A stretch of 63,154 nt of DNA, the filler included. It is 15 parts of 15 records of this genome, joined end to end, with 100 filler letters (N's around TTAATTAATTAA, not from the genome) between each part and the next. Parts side by side here need not be neighbours in the genome. Positions count along the whole stretch, not along the records: positions 8,232 to 14,644 come from SRR15195285_8010; positions 14,745 to 18,468 come from SRR15195285_8012; positions 18,569 to 21,695 come from SRR15195285_8021; positions 21,796 to 28,139 come from SRR15195285_8024; 11 more parts are not named here. One strand, written 5' to 3'. Positions within the stretch are counted from its first letter, which is position 1. Every line of letters begins with the position of its first letter. The position numbers and the translations under genes are program-made. The notes below the pieces were generated by a model. The model saw nothing but the letters and a program-made list of their open reading frames with translations, had not been told where the DNA came from and did no database searches. Below, piece by piece: positions 12,216 to 22,312 of this stretch.

Positions 12216-14644
12216 TCAGTCTTGAAGAAGGAATTTGTAGATGCGTTCAATCTGATCAGAGATGAAGAAATCATTGAACAGCCGCTGCGCTGCCACTGGA
12301 ATTTGGGGACCTGGGCCTGGCTGGATGCAAATCATCGTTGTGATCTTGGACGCTGTTCCTTTCCGCGCAGGCGCGATGATCAAGCCTGCACAGTACACCT
12401 CTCCCGACGCCACATTTTTCTTCTTCCTCCCTCTTGGCTTGATGGTTCCATCGTAAGATCCCGAGGCCGCCGCGTGAATGATGACGCCGTCTGTGTCGAT
12501 ACGCCGTGTGTGGGCGAGCACAAGTTCCGTAGTGGGGATTGGCGAGGGATGGTATGGGAACTTGAAGTCGTAAAGTGCTGCACGCATGCAATAGAGTCAG
12601 CGTTGCGCACCGTGAAACGATAGCAAAGACAAGAAGTACACGCGCGAAGCCACTTACAGTGAGTGATCCTAGCATCGCCCCCATCGATGGTCTTGACGAT
12701 CCGTAAGTCGCCTGCCAGTAGATTCCATTGTGTCAAAGTCGACGGCTCCCACAGGCGCCGATCGACCTCGGCAGGGGTGACACCATCGATCACTGTATAC
12801 CCTTTCACACAGAGCATATTCGGTTTATGAGGGAGTGGTGACGGCATCGTAAAGACTTTGACCTCGCATCCCTGTGAGCGAACATCTGAAGACTTGACAC
12901 CAACAGCCTCTGATTTGTGGAACAGCCAACCGTCTTTGTTCTTTGTCGTGACTAGGATGTTCTTCATCACGAAGTCTTTGGTAAGATCCATGGCGTCTGG
13001 CTCATGGAACACACATTTCCGACGCTGGCCGCGTTCTTTACGAGTGGCAACAGAGAGTGTTTGAACCCACTCGTGAAACTCACGACAATGGCCTGACTTC
13101 GATCGAATGACTAGCCGAAACAGTCCACGAGGTGACACCAAGCGCACGAGCTCTGGACCTTCTGCCGTATCAATGACCACCCTAGAGATATCTTCGCTCC
13201 CGAGCGAGGCCATTGTTTCTTCAAATGCCTTCCGCATGACCCGGTTCTTCACATCGTCACCTTGATTCACCCACCAACGAGTGAACTCGTGAAAGTCAAT
13301 TCCTCCAGAGCCATCGTCATCCATGGCCTCGAAAGCAATTTTGAGTTCTTTGTCCGTCAGCGTGCGTTCCATGGCTGCTTCAATGACTTTTTGCACCTCG
13401 TCCTGCTCCAGAGTTCCATTCCCGTCAGCGTCAAACGCTGTCCACAGGTCTTGCAGCAGCTTGGCCTGCTCTCCAAACAGCTCGCCGGGTTTTCGTTTGC
13501 CTCCTTGGTTGTCAAGCGAGAACAGTATATTTTCAATATCATCTGCAATCCAATGATGCTCCCCGCGGCCACCTTCTGCCTCAGCTTTAAGCACGGCGCG
13601 AACGCAGAGATTTCTGAACTTGAATGTGCTAGGAACCACGACCCCTGCTGCTGTCATAGTTCGATCCCAATAATCCACAAATTCTTTGAAGTCGACTTCA
13701 CCTGATCCATCTGCATCAATTTGATCCATAGCTCGTAGGAACTCTCTGTTCGACAGTGTCTTGCCCATCTCGACAAAAATGGCTCTTACTTCATCGTGAT
13801 CAAGCGTACCGGACCCATCTGCGTCAACTCGTTTCCAAACTCGCTGCAGCCGTTTGAGCTCCATCTTCTTGCCCAAGTCTTCTCCTTTGCGTCCAGTGTC
13901 AATGCGTCCACCGGCTGTGAGTTGCTGCCGAACCTTCGTCTTAGGTATCTTCTGCTGCTGTTTTCGGTATGCCGGTGGAGCTGGCCGTGTGCCGTTCCTG
14001 GAGCGGGGCTTCAGTGGCTGACGCGTCTCTTTTCTGTTGTGCGACTCGGGTCTCTGCAGCGCTGGACGTGCCGACATGACGCGACGCTGAGTAGCACGGT
14101 GCCTTTTTTCACGTGGAGGCTGGGGCTGGACATCTGCAGACCCAGCGCTGCCTGCAGAAGATGCTGACGAAGGGCGTGCGGATGCCGGGCGTGCGAACGC
14201 AAGTCGCGCCGAGTTCTGCGCCGCTCTCTTGGGGCCACGCTGCTGTGATTCGTCGTCCAGCTGCATGGTAGTCTTGACTACGGCGCCATTTTGAGTCCAA
14301 GGAGTTAGCATCGCATCGTGCTCGTTGCTGCCCGGCGCGCTCGCAGAGTTTGGCCGCGCATCACAGTCTTCCAGTTTTGCTGCCTGTGTTGCCACAGGCA
14401 TTGGTGGAAGGACCACACGACTCTGAATCTGGCGTTGTGCAAGAGTCCTTGCGCCTGCGCTGGCAGTGACAAGCGCCGACAATGTCGGCGGTGGTGCCAC
14501 GGTATGCTGCCATGCGGCAGCCATCTCTTCTCTTGCCAGCTGCATGCGAGAAGCCACTGCTTTGTCCTTGGGCACTACCATCGACTCTTCCCACTCGTCC
14601 TGCTGAGCCCCGTCCGTTTGCTGCTGCTGCTGCTGCTGCTGCTG
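12216..14644 (-). CDS. Multidomain protein: disordered N-terminus, EF-hand pair, Bro-N-like domain with an inserted second EF-hand pair, START domain (intron 12578-12657; 5' end open into polyQ at contig edge)
   Basis: EF loops DADGSGTLDHDE, DADGSGEVDFKE, DADGNGTLEQDE and DDDGSGGIDFHE. START-like segment GWLFHK…CEVKVF…KGYTVIDGVTPAEV…QWN…ITH|SLY…G..IAP…KITTMIC. Bro-N-like halves are described in the findings. Confidence 0.75.
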
Positions 14645-14744
14645 NNNNNNNNNNNNNNNNNNNNNNNNNNNNNNNNNNNNNNNNNNNNTTAATTAATTAA
14701 NNNNNNNNNNNNNNNNNNNNNNNNNNNNNNNNNNNNNNNNNNNN

Positions 14745-16658
14745 CTCGAAGCTGGTATTGAGTACGTGGTGCGAGTTGCGGTCCGCACCACACGTGGCGA
14801 CCACCACCAGAAGTCAGCGCTGGATTTCGCTGTGAGCGACGCCCGCACAATCGCATATCGTACAGCTGCGGCCACACATGCAGCAGATTGGGCAAGGTTC
14901 TGGAATAGGAGCAGCGTTGACCTCGGGCTGCGGCGAGGTAGCAAGTCACACTCGTTGGAGGGCTTCTACTACGGAGCACAGTACATGCTGAACTCCTTCT
15001 CGAAGAGCGAAGGTGGTGTGATTCCAGGCTTGCTCGGTCCGTGGAGTGCACAGGACCCGGTTGGATGGGCAGATGGAATTACCATGGACTACAACGCGGA
15101 GGCCAACTTTTACGGCAGCGCGAGCAGCAACCACCCGCAAAACATGCATCCTTACTTTCCGACGGTGAGCGCTGCAATCCCGATGGGTCGAGAGCGAGCA
15201 AGACTCCCAGACTGGAGCTTTGGTGGTCACGAGGCCGCCGTGCAAAACTTGTTCGATGATTTCAGTGCACAGCAGGAAGGCGTCACAACGGCATACACCG
15301 CCGTTGGCACCACTGGCGATCAGACAGAAGCGATGGGCTGCGCCTGCGCTGGAATGCAGGGCTATCCATGGTGTCGAACAGACATCCACAACCGCACCTG
15401 CCCGAAGGCTTTTGGAGGCTTTGAGGGTATCGAGTTTCCACTGCAACTAGGAGCGTTTGCAACGATGCATTGTTCACCGGATGGGGCGATGCGGAGCGTG
15501 GCAGCGATGGCGGCGGCACCTTACGTCGAATACTTCGAACACACGCAAAACATGGTATTTCTCAAGGAGGAAGCGTATCCTTTTGTGAAGGAAGTCGCAC
15601 TCTTTTATGCTAGCTACTTACGACTTGATCCCAACAGCGGCCGGTACGAAGTGCCACACGCTTGCGCCCAGGAATTCTGCGGCGAGCGACAGCTACCATC
15701 GGTGACAATTCCTGGCCCACCTGGCAGTCACGGCTGCCCGCAGCCACCACAGCGATCGCCGACAATCGACCTGGCATTCGCAGAGTACGTCTTCAAAAAG
15801 GCTGCTGCGTGGAGTGAGATTCTGGGTGTTGATGCTGACCGACGAGCGCAGTGGCAATCGATGGCAGGAAAGCTTGCCACGTATCCGAGGGCTCAGCATC
15901 ATGACTGCGAAATGTTGTTCCCATGGGCGGCAGCAAGCAACTGCACTGGCTGGTCTGAGGCCACGAATGCGGATACAAACACGAGTGCGGAGCTGCACGC
16001 CAATTACAATTGGCCCATAGCAAACTTTGCACCTATTCATCCGACGGGTCTCGTCTCCTTGTCAAGCGACAATGTGACAAAACTGCTCGCGAGGAACACC
16101 GCGTGGATGCTAGCGATGGATTCGAACTGGGCTCCTGTGAACGGCCTGTGCCTTGCGTGGCCGTCAGCAGCACGGATGGCAGACCGATTTGATACATACC
16201 CTTTCAATGCCTCTGTGTTGATGGACGCCTGGGAGAGCGCGCTCGCAGCACACATGCAACCAAACTTCTGGCCATCGCTCGGTGGTGGCGGGCTCGAACA
16301 AGCTGGCGCTACGCTGGCAGTCAACGAGCTGCTTTTCCAATCGTTTGAGGGTTTCCTGCGCTTTTTCCCTGGGTGGCCACTGGGCGAGCGAGCTTGTTTT
16401 ACGACGTTGAGAGGCGTTGGTGCTTTCTTGGTCTCGGGATGCGTAGACGAGCGTGGGGATATCACCGGCATTAGTGTCGTGTCGGAGGTAGGGGGAACCT
16501 GTGAGTTCGTGCGATTCTCGGATGCTGTGTCTGTGCGCAGTGATGATGGCAAGGAAGTGGCCGTCGAAAGCGTTGCCGGTGGGCGGCTGCGCTTCGCAAC
16601 CGTCGCTGGTGGGCACTACAGTCTGACCGCACGCAGTGATGCTCAAGTCAAGCAGTGA
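14745..16658 (+). CDS. Glycoside hydrolase of the GH95 (alpha-L-fucosidase/galactosidase)-like (alpha/alpha)6 type; 5' truncated
   Basis: HAADWARFWNRSSV, YYGAQYML, PGLLGPW, TMDYNAEANFY, FLKEEAYPFVKEVALFY, GGLEQAG..AVNELLFQS, LRFFPGWP, FTTLRGVGAFLVS match the GH95 layout. Confidence 0.75.
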   Translation, partial: LEAGIEYVVRVAVRTTRGDHHQKSALDFAVSDARTIAYRTAAATHAADWARFWNRSSVDLGLRRGSKSHSLEGFYYGAQYMLNSFSKSEGGVIPGLLGPWSAQDPVGWADGITMDYNAEANFYGSASSNHPQNMHPYFPTVSAAIPMGRERARLPDWSFGGHEAAVQNLFDDFSAQQEGVTTAYTAVGTTGDQTEAMGCACAGMQGYPWCRTDIHNRTCPKAFGGFEGIEFPLQLGAFATMHCSPDGAMRSVAAMAAAPYVEYFEHTQNMVFLKEEAYPFVKEVALFYASYLRLDPNSGRYEVPHACAQEFCGERQLPSVTIPGPPGSHGCPQPPQRSPTIDLAFAEYVFKKAAAWSEILGVDADRRAQWQSMAGKLATYPRAQHHDCEMLFPWAAASNCTGWSEATNADTNTSAELHANYNWPIANFAPIHPTGLVSLSSDNVTKLLARNTAWMLAMDSNWAPVNGLCLAWPSAARMADRFDTYPFNASVLMDAWESALAAHMQPNFWPSLGGGGLEQAGATLAVNELLFQSFEGFLRFFPGWPLGERACFTTLRGVGAFLVSGCVDERGDITGISVVSEVGGTCEFVRFSDAVSVRSDDGKEVAVESVAGGRLRFATVAGGHYSLTARSDAQVKQ

Positions 16659-16984
16659 AGCAAACTAGAGAGAGTTGAAACTGTACCCAACATTAAGATG
16701 GGGTTGAGAGGTTCGACCTGGGTGCTGCAACTCAACAGTGTTCTATGACCACGGACGGTGACGCGATGGGTGCGATCAGTGGTGGCGCACCGTTTCAGCT
16801 CAAGTTCTACATGAGTGGTGTGGTGCAGCTCTTCTCACTTGGGGTCAGCGCTGATGAGTGTGGGACAAGCAGTGCGTTCATGGCCGCTGGAGGGCCAGGG
16901 TTCGCGATGGTCGCGATCGCGTTTGTACGTCTACGTAATAGGCTACTGTACAGTAAAACGTGGGGTAGGACGGAAAGAACTTGT

Positions 16985-18077
16985 TCAGAAACCCTGGACT
17001 CCACGCATACCGAGCCACTTCTTGATGCCTTCGTGCGCTGCGACGGCGTCGCAGATAGCCTTCAGCTTCGGGTGCGCCGCCAGCGCAGCCTCCATGCGCT
17101 TCGCATCATTGTACGGCGCACGCCGCCAAGCCTCTTTCTCTGGCGCTTCTGCTTCGGTCAGACATTCTGCAAACGCATTGTAGATCAGGACGTCTGCCAA
17201 GCTGATAGAGGACCCGACAGCGACCCCGCCATCACCCACGATACCTTCGAGGCGGCCCATGTACCACCTGCAGCATCAGAAGGACGCGCCAGTGTGTGTT
17301 ATTTTGAAGCGTGGACAGCGGACGGAATGAGTGGCTGTATCTCTCGAGCAACCTGCGGCCCTAGCGGTGGTGTCCCGCTGATAGCTTACTTGAGCATGCG
17401 ACTCTTGCGGTTGGCTCCAACGGCCATGCCGGAATAATCTTTCGCCGTCTCATCCTCGAAGAACTTCGCGAGATTCTCTTCCGACGGCGTGTCGCCGTAC
17501 GGCACGAGAGCGCGGAACGCAGAGTTGAGCTCGCTAAGGGCTTCTTTGATCGACATGATCTGCGCGGTCTCGAGAGCATTTGCGCCGGCCAGGCCGTGCG
17601 TCATCGCGATGTACATGTGAATAGCGGGACCCTGGCCGATGCTGACCCCGTCCGCCTCGCAGATAGGCATGCGCCCGAGGTTAGCATCCAGCGTGTCCTT
17701 CACCTCGTCCATCGGCGTCGCCCCTTCGCCAACACGGACATCCTCGTAATCAGCGCCAGGGAACTTGCCAGCGATCTGCAACAGCGCGGCCCAGACGGTC
17801 AGGAACTATGCAGCTAAGCGCTCAAGTACGATTCAGCTCAGAACGACGTTCTGAACGCGGCCCATGCAGCCGGCGCGAGCAGATTGACCGCGTCGGGGGG
17901 CGGAGCAGCGCGCGCTCCGGACCATTCCTCACTCACCGCCAGCAGCTGCCGCGCCACCTCCATCAGGCCTCGGCCGTTCCAGTACTTCAGCACCAGCTTC
18001 TCCGGGCTGGCGACCGTCGTCGTCGTGCAGGTGACGGTGGTGCCATCGGGGTGGGTCACTGTGGTGGTGGTGCTCAT
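16985..18077 (-). CDS. Glutathione S-transferase (sigma-like), 3 exons (17937-18077, 17390-17775, 16985-17267)
   Basis: LKYWNGRGLMEVARQLL, LGRMP…DG.SIGQ..AI..YIA and SISLADV are GST N- and C-domain motifs. The exons splice in frame. Confidence 0.9.
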
Positions 18078-19043
18078 CTTGACCGCCCGCCACACAGAGT
18101 ACTGTACACAGGGACACAGAGTACACCCTCGTGCCTGCAGACGGGCTGAGTCGATGCCCGACAAGAGGTACAACAGAATGGTACAATTTTCCAGTACTGA
18201 GTACAGACTGCACGAATGTTGAATTGGATTACGGTACTATGATCCAGCGCTGGTCGGGAGTATACCCCGGCGCTGGATTTACATCAATGAGAATCGCCCG
18301 CCCGCCGCCGGGTGGGTTGAGATCATCCCGATCCCCGAAATTTTCCTCTTCGATGAAATGGGGTTTAGCTTTAGGTAGAGGTACATTATTCATTTTGAAT
18401 TTTATGAGTATCGCGTCGAGGAGCAGGAGGAAGAGGCACGCTTTGTGACGGTTGGCGCAAGATGCTGTNNNNNNNNNNNNNNNNNNNNNNNNNNNNNNNN
18501 NNNNNNNNNNNNTTAATTAATTAANNNNNNNNNNNNNNNNNNNNNNNNNNNNNNNNNNNNNNNNNNNNTGCACATTGCGTGCGGAGGGGCGCTACTAGAG
18601 CGTCAAACAGTTGTGGGCAGCTGGTAGGCTGCGGCGCAGCATGGAGCGGCACGAGTATGTCGGCGCGCATGGTGGGGGAAGAGCTGGCTCGCGAGGCGGG
18701 AACATGTGAATCAAGTACCCGTACCTCAGACCTCGGAAAATAGAATGGGTCGGATTACACATGACCGATGACGAGTTCCACAGTTCCTTTCAGTTCGGAG
18801 AGTTCCAGCGGATCGGACGAGGAGCCGCCGGTGACACTATTGCCGAAGACATAGACAACAGACAGCAAGGCACTAGTAACCCGGGTGTTCGGCACTAGTT
18901 TGCCTTCCGTATCTAAAACGAATTTCGGGCGAACAAAACCATTTGTTATGGTATGGCTCTGACATAGGTGAGCTCATCCACAGACTCACATCCGTAAAAC
19001 AGTAGCTATAGTACACCATCTTGTACGCATCGCTATAATTTTC

Positions 19044-19099
19044 TATTGTGAGTACAAATTCATGTCATCATTATTGCGAGTACAAACTCGTGTCGTCAT
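19044..19099. repeat. Imperfect 28-bp tandem duplication
   Basis: TATTGTGAGTACAAATTCATGTCATCAT / TATTGCGAGTACAAACTCGTGTCGTCAT, differing by 4 transitions. Confidence 0.9.
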
Positions 19100-19129
19100 T
19101 TCTAGGGGAAGGGGGTCTGCCCCGTTGCT

Positions 19130-21578
19130 TCAAGGGCCTAACCCTCGCTCGGTCCAGTAGGCAATTGTAGCCTCTTCATCTTCCCTTATTCCATTTGCCC
19201 ACTGCCCGACTCCCCACATGCTCCAACCAGCTAGACCTGCCATCGGCAACAAAGACCAGATGCGCACCGCAGTAATCCAAGCAATCTGGCCCAAGATGCC
19301 ATGCTTTGCTCCAAGTCTGTGGTTAGCGAAGGGCTGGAATGCTTCCATCACACCACCGACCCAGAAGATAACAACCGTTGACGACATTCCCACGAGAAGA
19401 TATTGTTTAGGATCATCAATTAAGCCTTGCTGGTATGCTGGAAAGGAGCGACCGGCCATGTAGACTCCAAAGAGCAAGCTGATTACAATTAGGCAAATAT
19501 GCATGCTTTTCGTTCGTGACATCGCCAACGCTTCGTCTGGGGTGAGTTCCACGCGCCCAGCATCCTCCACTCTAGCCCGCGTGCGCTCGGCCAGTCCAAA
19601 CGTGTAGCACAGGTTGTCTACAACCCAACACAATTGGCCAGCATGGGTTTTGCTCTGAAGATACAAAATACGAACAAATACAAGGCTCGCAACCTACCGA
19701 TCTCACACATGAACAGAATCGCGACAGTGTTGAAGCACACGGACAGTGCGTCCTGTATACACATCACAGTGGTCGCACGCACAGATGTCCGTACAGGCTG
19801 TGACATGTGGTCTTGTACTGGGCACAACGTCTACGAACAACGATAGCGTACTGTGTTACTGGGTGGATGCATGATTTATGAAGCTTACTCCGCCGCGGTA
19901 GATGACAAGCAGCACCACCGTTGCCGTGAGTGTAGTAAGGAAACCCCAGCGTCTCATGACCTGCATCACAACGATCGCAATTCGATAATGGATAGGCAAG
20001 TCGTCTGCCCTGTGGATGGCCAGGTCACACAGCTCGATATCTTTCAGCTCCCCCACGACTTGAAATGCTACGACGAACGCCGCAAACGCCAAAGCAACCC
20101 AATCGAAAACGCCCCTGAAAGTACGCTCCACCATTTTGTACATCGCAAAGATGATGCAATGAGCAAGTTTGAAATAATCGCAAATGGTAGCAGCACTAGA
20201 TTTGTAGGCCACTGTAGTTGTGCTTACATCGCCTGAACGTTGTCAGCAACGAGAGAAAATGAAGTTAGATCATCGACGTTTCCTGTACCTTCATGGACGC
20301 AAGCGTCACACCACTCCTCAATCATCGAGATGGAGTAGTCATAACCCCATTGTCCATCTGCATTGTAACCCTTACGCAGAGAGCCACTACAGCAATGCCA
20401 GCACCAGTCAAGGTCAACGCTCAACTGACTAGTCGCTCAGGTAGATGGATGTGAGCAACAAGGCCTCGGCACTACAGCCGTGTTGTAGAACACTTTGCAC
20501 GCACGCCTCACGATAATGCATCCCGCAAGTGTTGCGCATGAACTCACGGTGGAAAGTTGAAACCTTCGGTGCCTCCAACGCCAAACTGTGCGTCCAGATC
20601 ATCGCAGCGCTCCCCACACGTTCTCCAACCATATTGTGGGGCCCACTCGTTGTTGTACGGTAAGGTTCCTGCTCTACTGGGTGGAATCGCATCGATGATG
20701 TATGTCGCCGACCGATCTTTGCACACGTTGTCACACGTTGGTACGTACATTGGGTCGGTGCAGATCTCCGCGACGTAGGTCTTGTTCCATCCAGCGTACC
20801 GGTAGTCAAACACGTTGTTGTAGGTTTGACCGTCTTGATCATACTGAATTATCACCGGTGCGTGACTGCCACAGTATTGGCATCGGTCAGAAACACCAAG
20901 CGCACAGTAATAGCCTCTGGCGCATTGGTCCGACGTCTTGCAGGCCGGGGTGAGTGTTCCCACTGCTACCGCTACAACGGTTGCACTATCCAGACAATCA
21001 ACACACCCATGCACACACAAGATGAGACTGCCGTGGTTTGTCTGCAAAAACGGATTCGAGCACTTACCATTGCGCAAAAATCATCAGCGCGCTCAAGATG
21101 AGCATCGCTGGGGCCCATTTTTTCATCTGTGCATCTTTGGGGTCTTTCGTAAGCGCAAAGAATACCGCTGCTTGGTGCCCTGCAGCAAACGCACAACATG
21201 CCAGCAGGACTCAGATATTATCCACGGGAAGGTGCATACAGCATGAAGCAAGACCGCACAGTTTGTGGGCGCCTCCGAGAGGTGGGCAACTGCCGTCTTG
21301 ATCATTGCATGCAAAGTGTTCGCGGATGTGAGCTCGGCACGCAGGCCATCAATACCCTCGCTGATCTGGCTCGCCACCAGCCGATCCATTGCCACAGCCG
21401 CCTGCTCCTCTGTCAGACTGCCATCCTTCAGCCCACGCAGCGTAGCCTCCAGCTCTGCACGCCGCGTGTTTACAGCGCTGTTCGAGGCAACATCGCCGGC
21501 TGGTGCAGACACGACAGCGCTCACGGCGGATCCAGCATTGGGGTCGATTGCAAGCGGATTCTCAGCGGCAGTGCTCAT
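19130..21578 (-). CDS. Multi-exon polytopic membrane protein of unknown function with a Cys-rich extracellular loop
   Basis: Frame-compatible exons: …EAPTN|WHQAAVFF…MLILSALMIFAQ|CATVVAV…CKTSDQCARGYYC…; DWVALAFAAFVVAFQVVGELKDIELCD; DALSVCFNTVAILFMCEI|DNLCYTFGL… The exact exon set is not fully resolved. Confidence 0.65.
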
Positions 21579-22312
21579 CGCGGATAGCTACGAGAGAGAA
21601 GGACGCCCGGGGGTCAAAATTCCGACCGTCGCGCCGGCCGGCGCCATCGCCAGGCGCGCGCGCGCCACAGCAATTTAGTAAGTGTCGGTAAGGTCNNNNN
21701 NNNNNNNNNNNNNNNNNNNNNNNNNNNNNNNNNNNNNNNTTAATTAATTAANNNNNNNNNNNNNNNNNNNNNNNNNNNNNNNNNNNNNNNNNNNNTGTGA
21801 GTGAGTAAAATTCCCTGTCTTGGTCCTTTTCTCTAGCTCGATAGTGCCCTGCGCAAGTAGGGCGGTGAAGCGTCGTAAGACGCACCGTAACGCGCACGAT
21901 TTCGATGGTGCGTTCATCCGCCACTCGATGGGCTCGGAGGGCGGGGAGCTCGGACGGTGTCTGCCGTTCTACTACTTCTGAAATGCCCACAGCATACAAA
22001 TATACATATATTGCATACATTACATACAAAATTACATACAAATAAGGATCCAGATTTTTTCCGATTTATGGACCAAAAAGCCCGTAGGATCCTACGGGTA
22101 CTACCGGTAGTAGATCTAGCTAGATCAAGATTCTAAGTACGTAGACGGTACTGCAGGGCCGGTGTGGATAGCGGCAGTATTCAAAATACACTAATACAGT
22201 ACCGCTCGCTGAGCGTGAGGCGTGACCCCTCGGCGGCTGCTCTGGAGAGAGAGACGGCAGACGGCTACTCGAGGTGTACACTGAGGGCAGGAGGGGCAGG
22301 AGGGCAGCAGGG

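Noticed and set aside
16745-17437. 230-aa plus-strand ORF and many similar overlapping ORFs across the window
   Set aside because: Antisense or shadow frames of recognisable genes (here the GST), as expected in GC-rich DNA.
18569-19040. Possible transposon remnant or short gene
   Set aside because: No long ORF, terminal repeat or recognisable motif was found.
21100-21130. Suspected frameshift at an A6 run in the membrane-protein gene
   Set aside because: On careful reading the frame is continuous (MKKWAPAMLIL).
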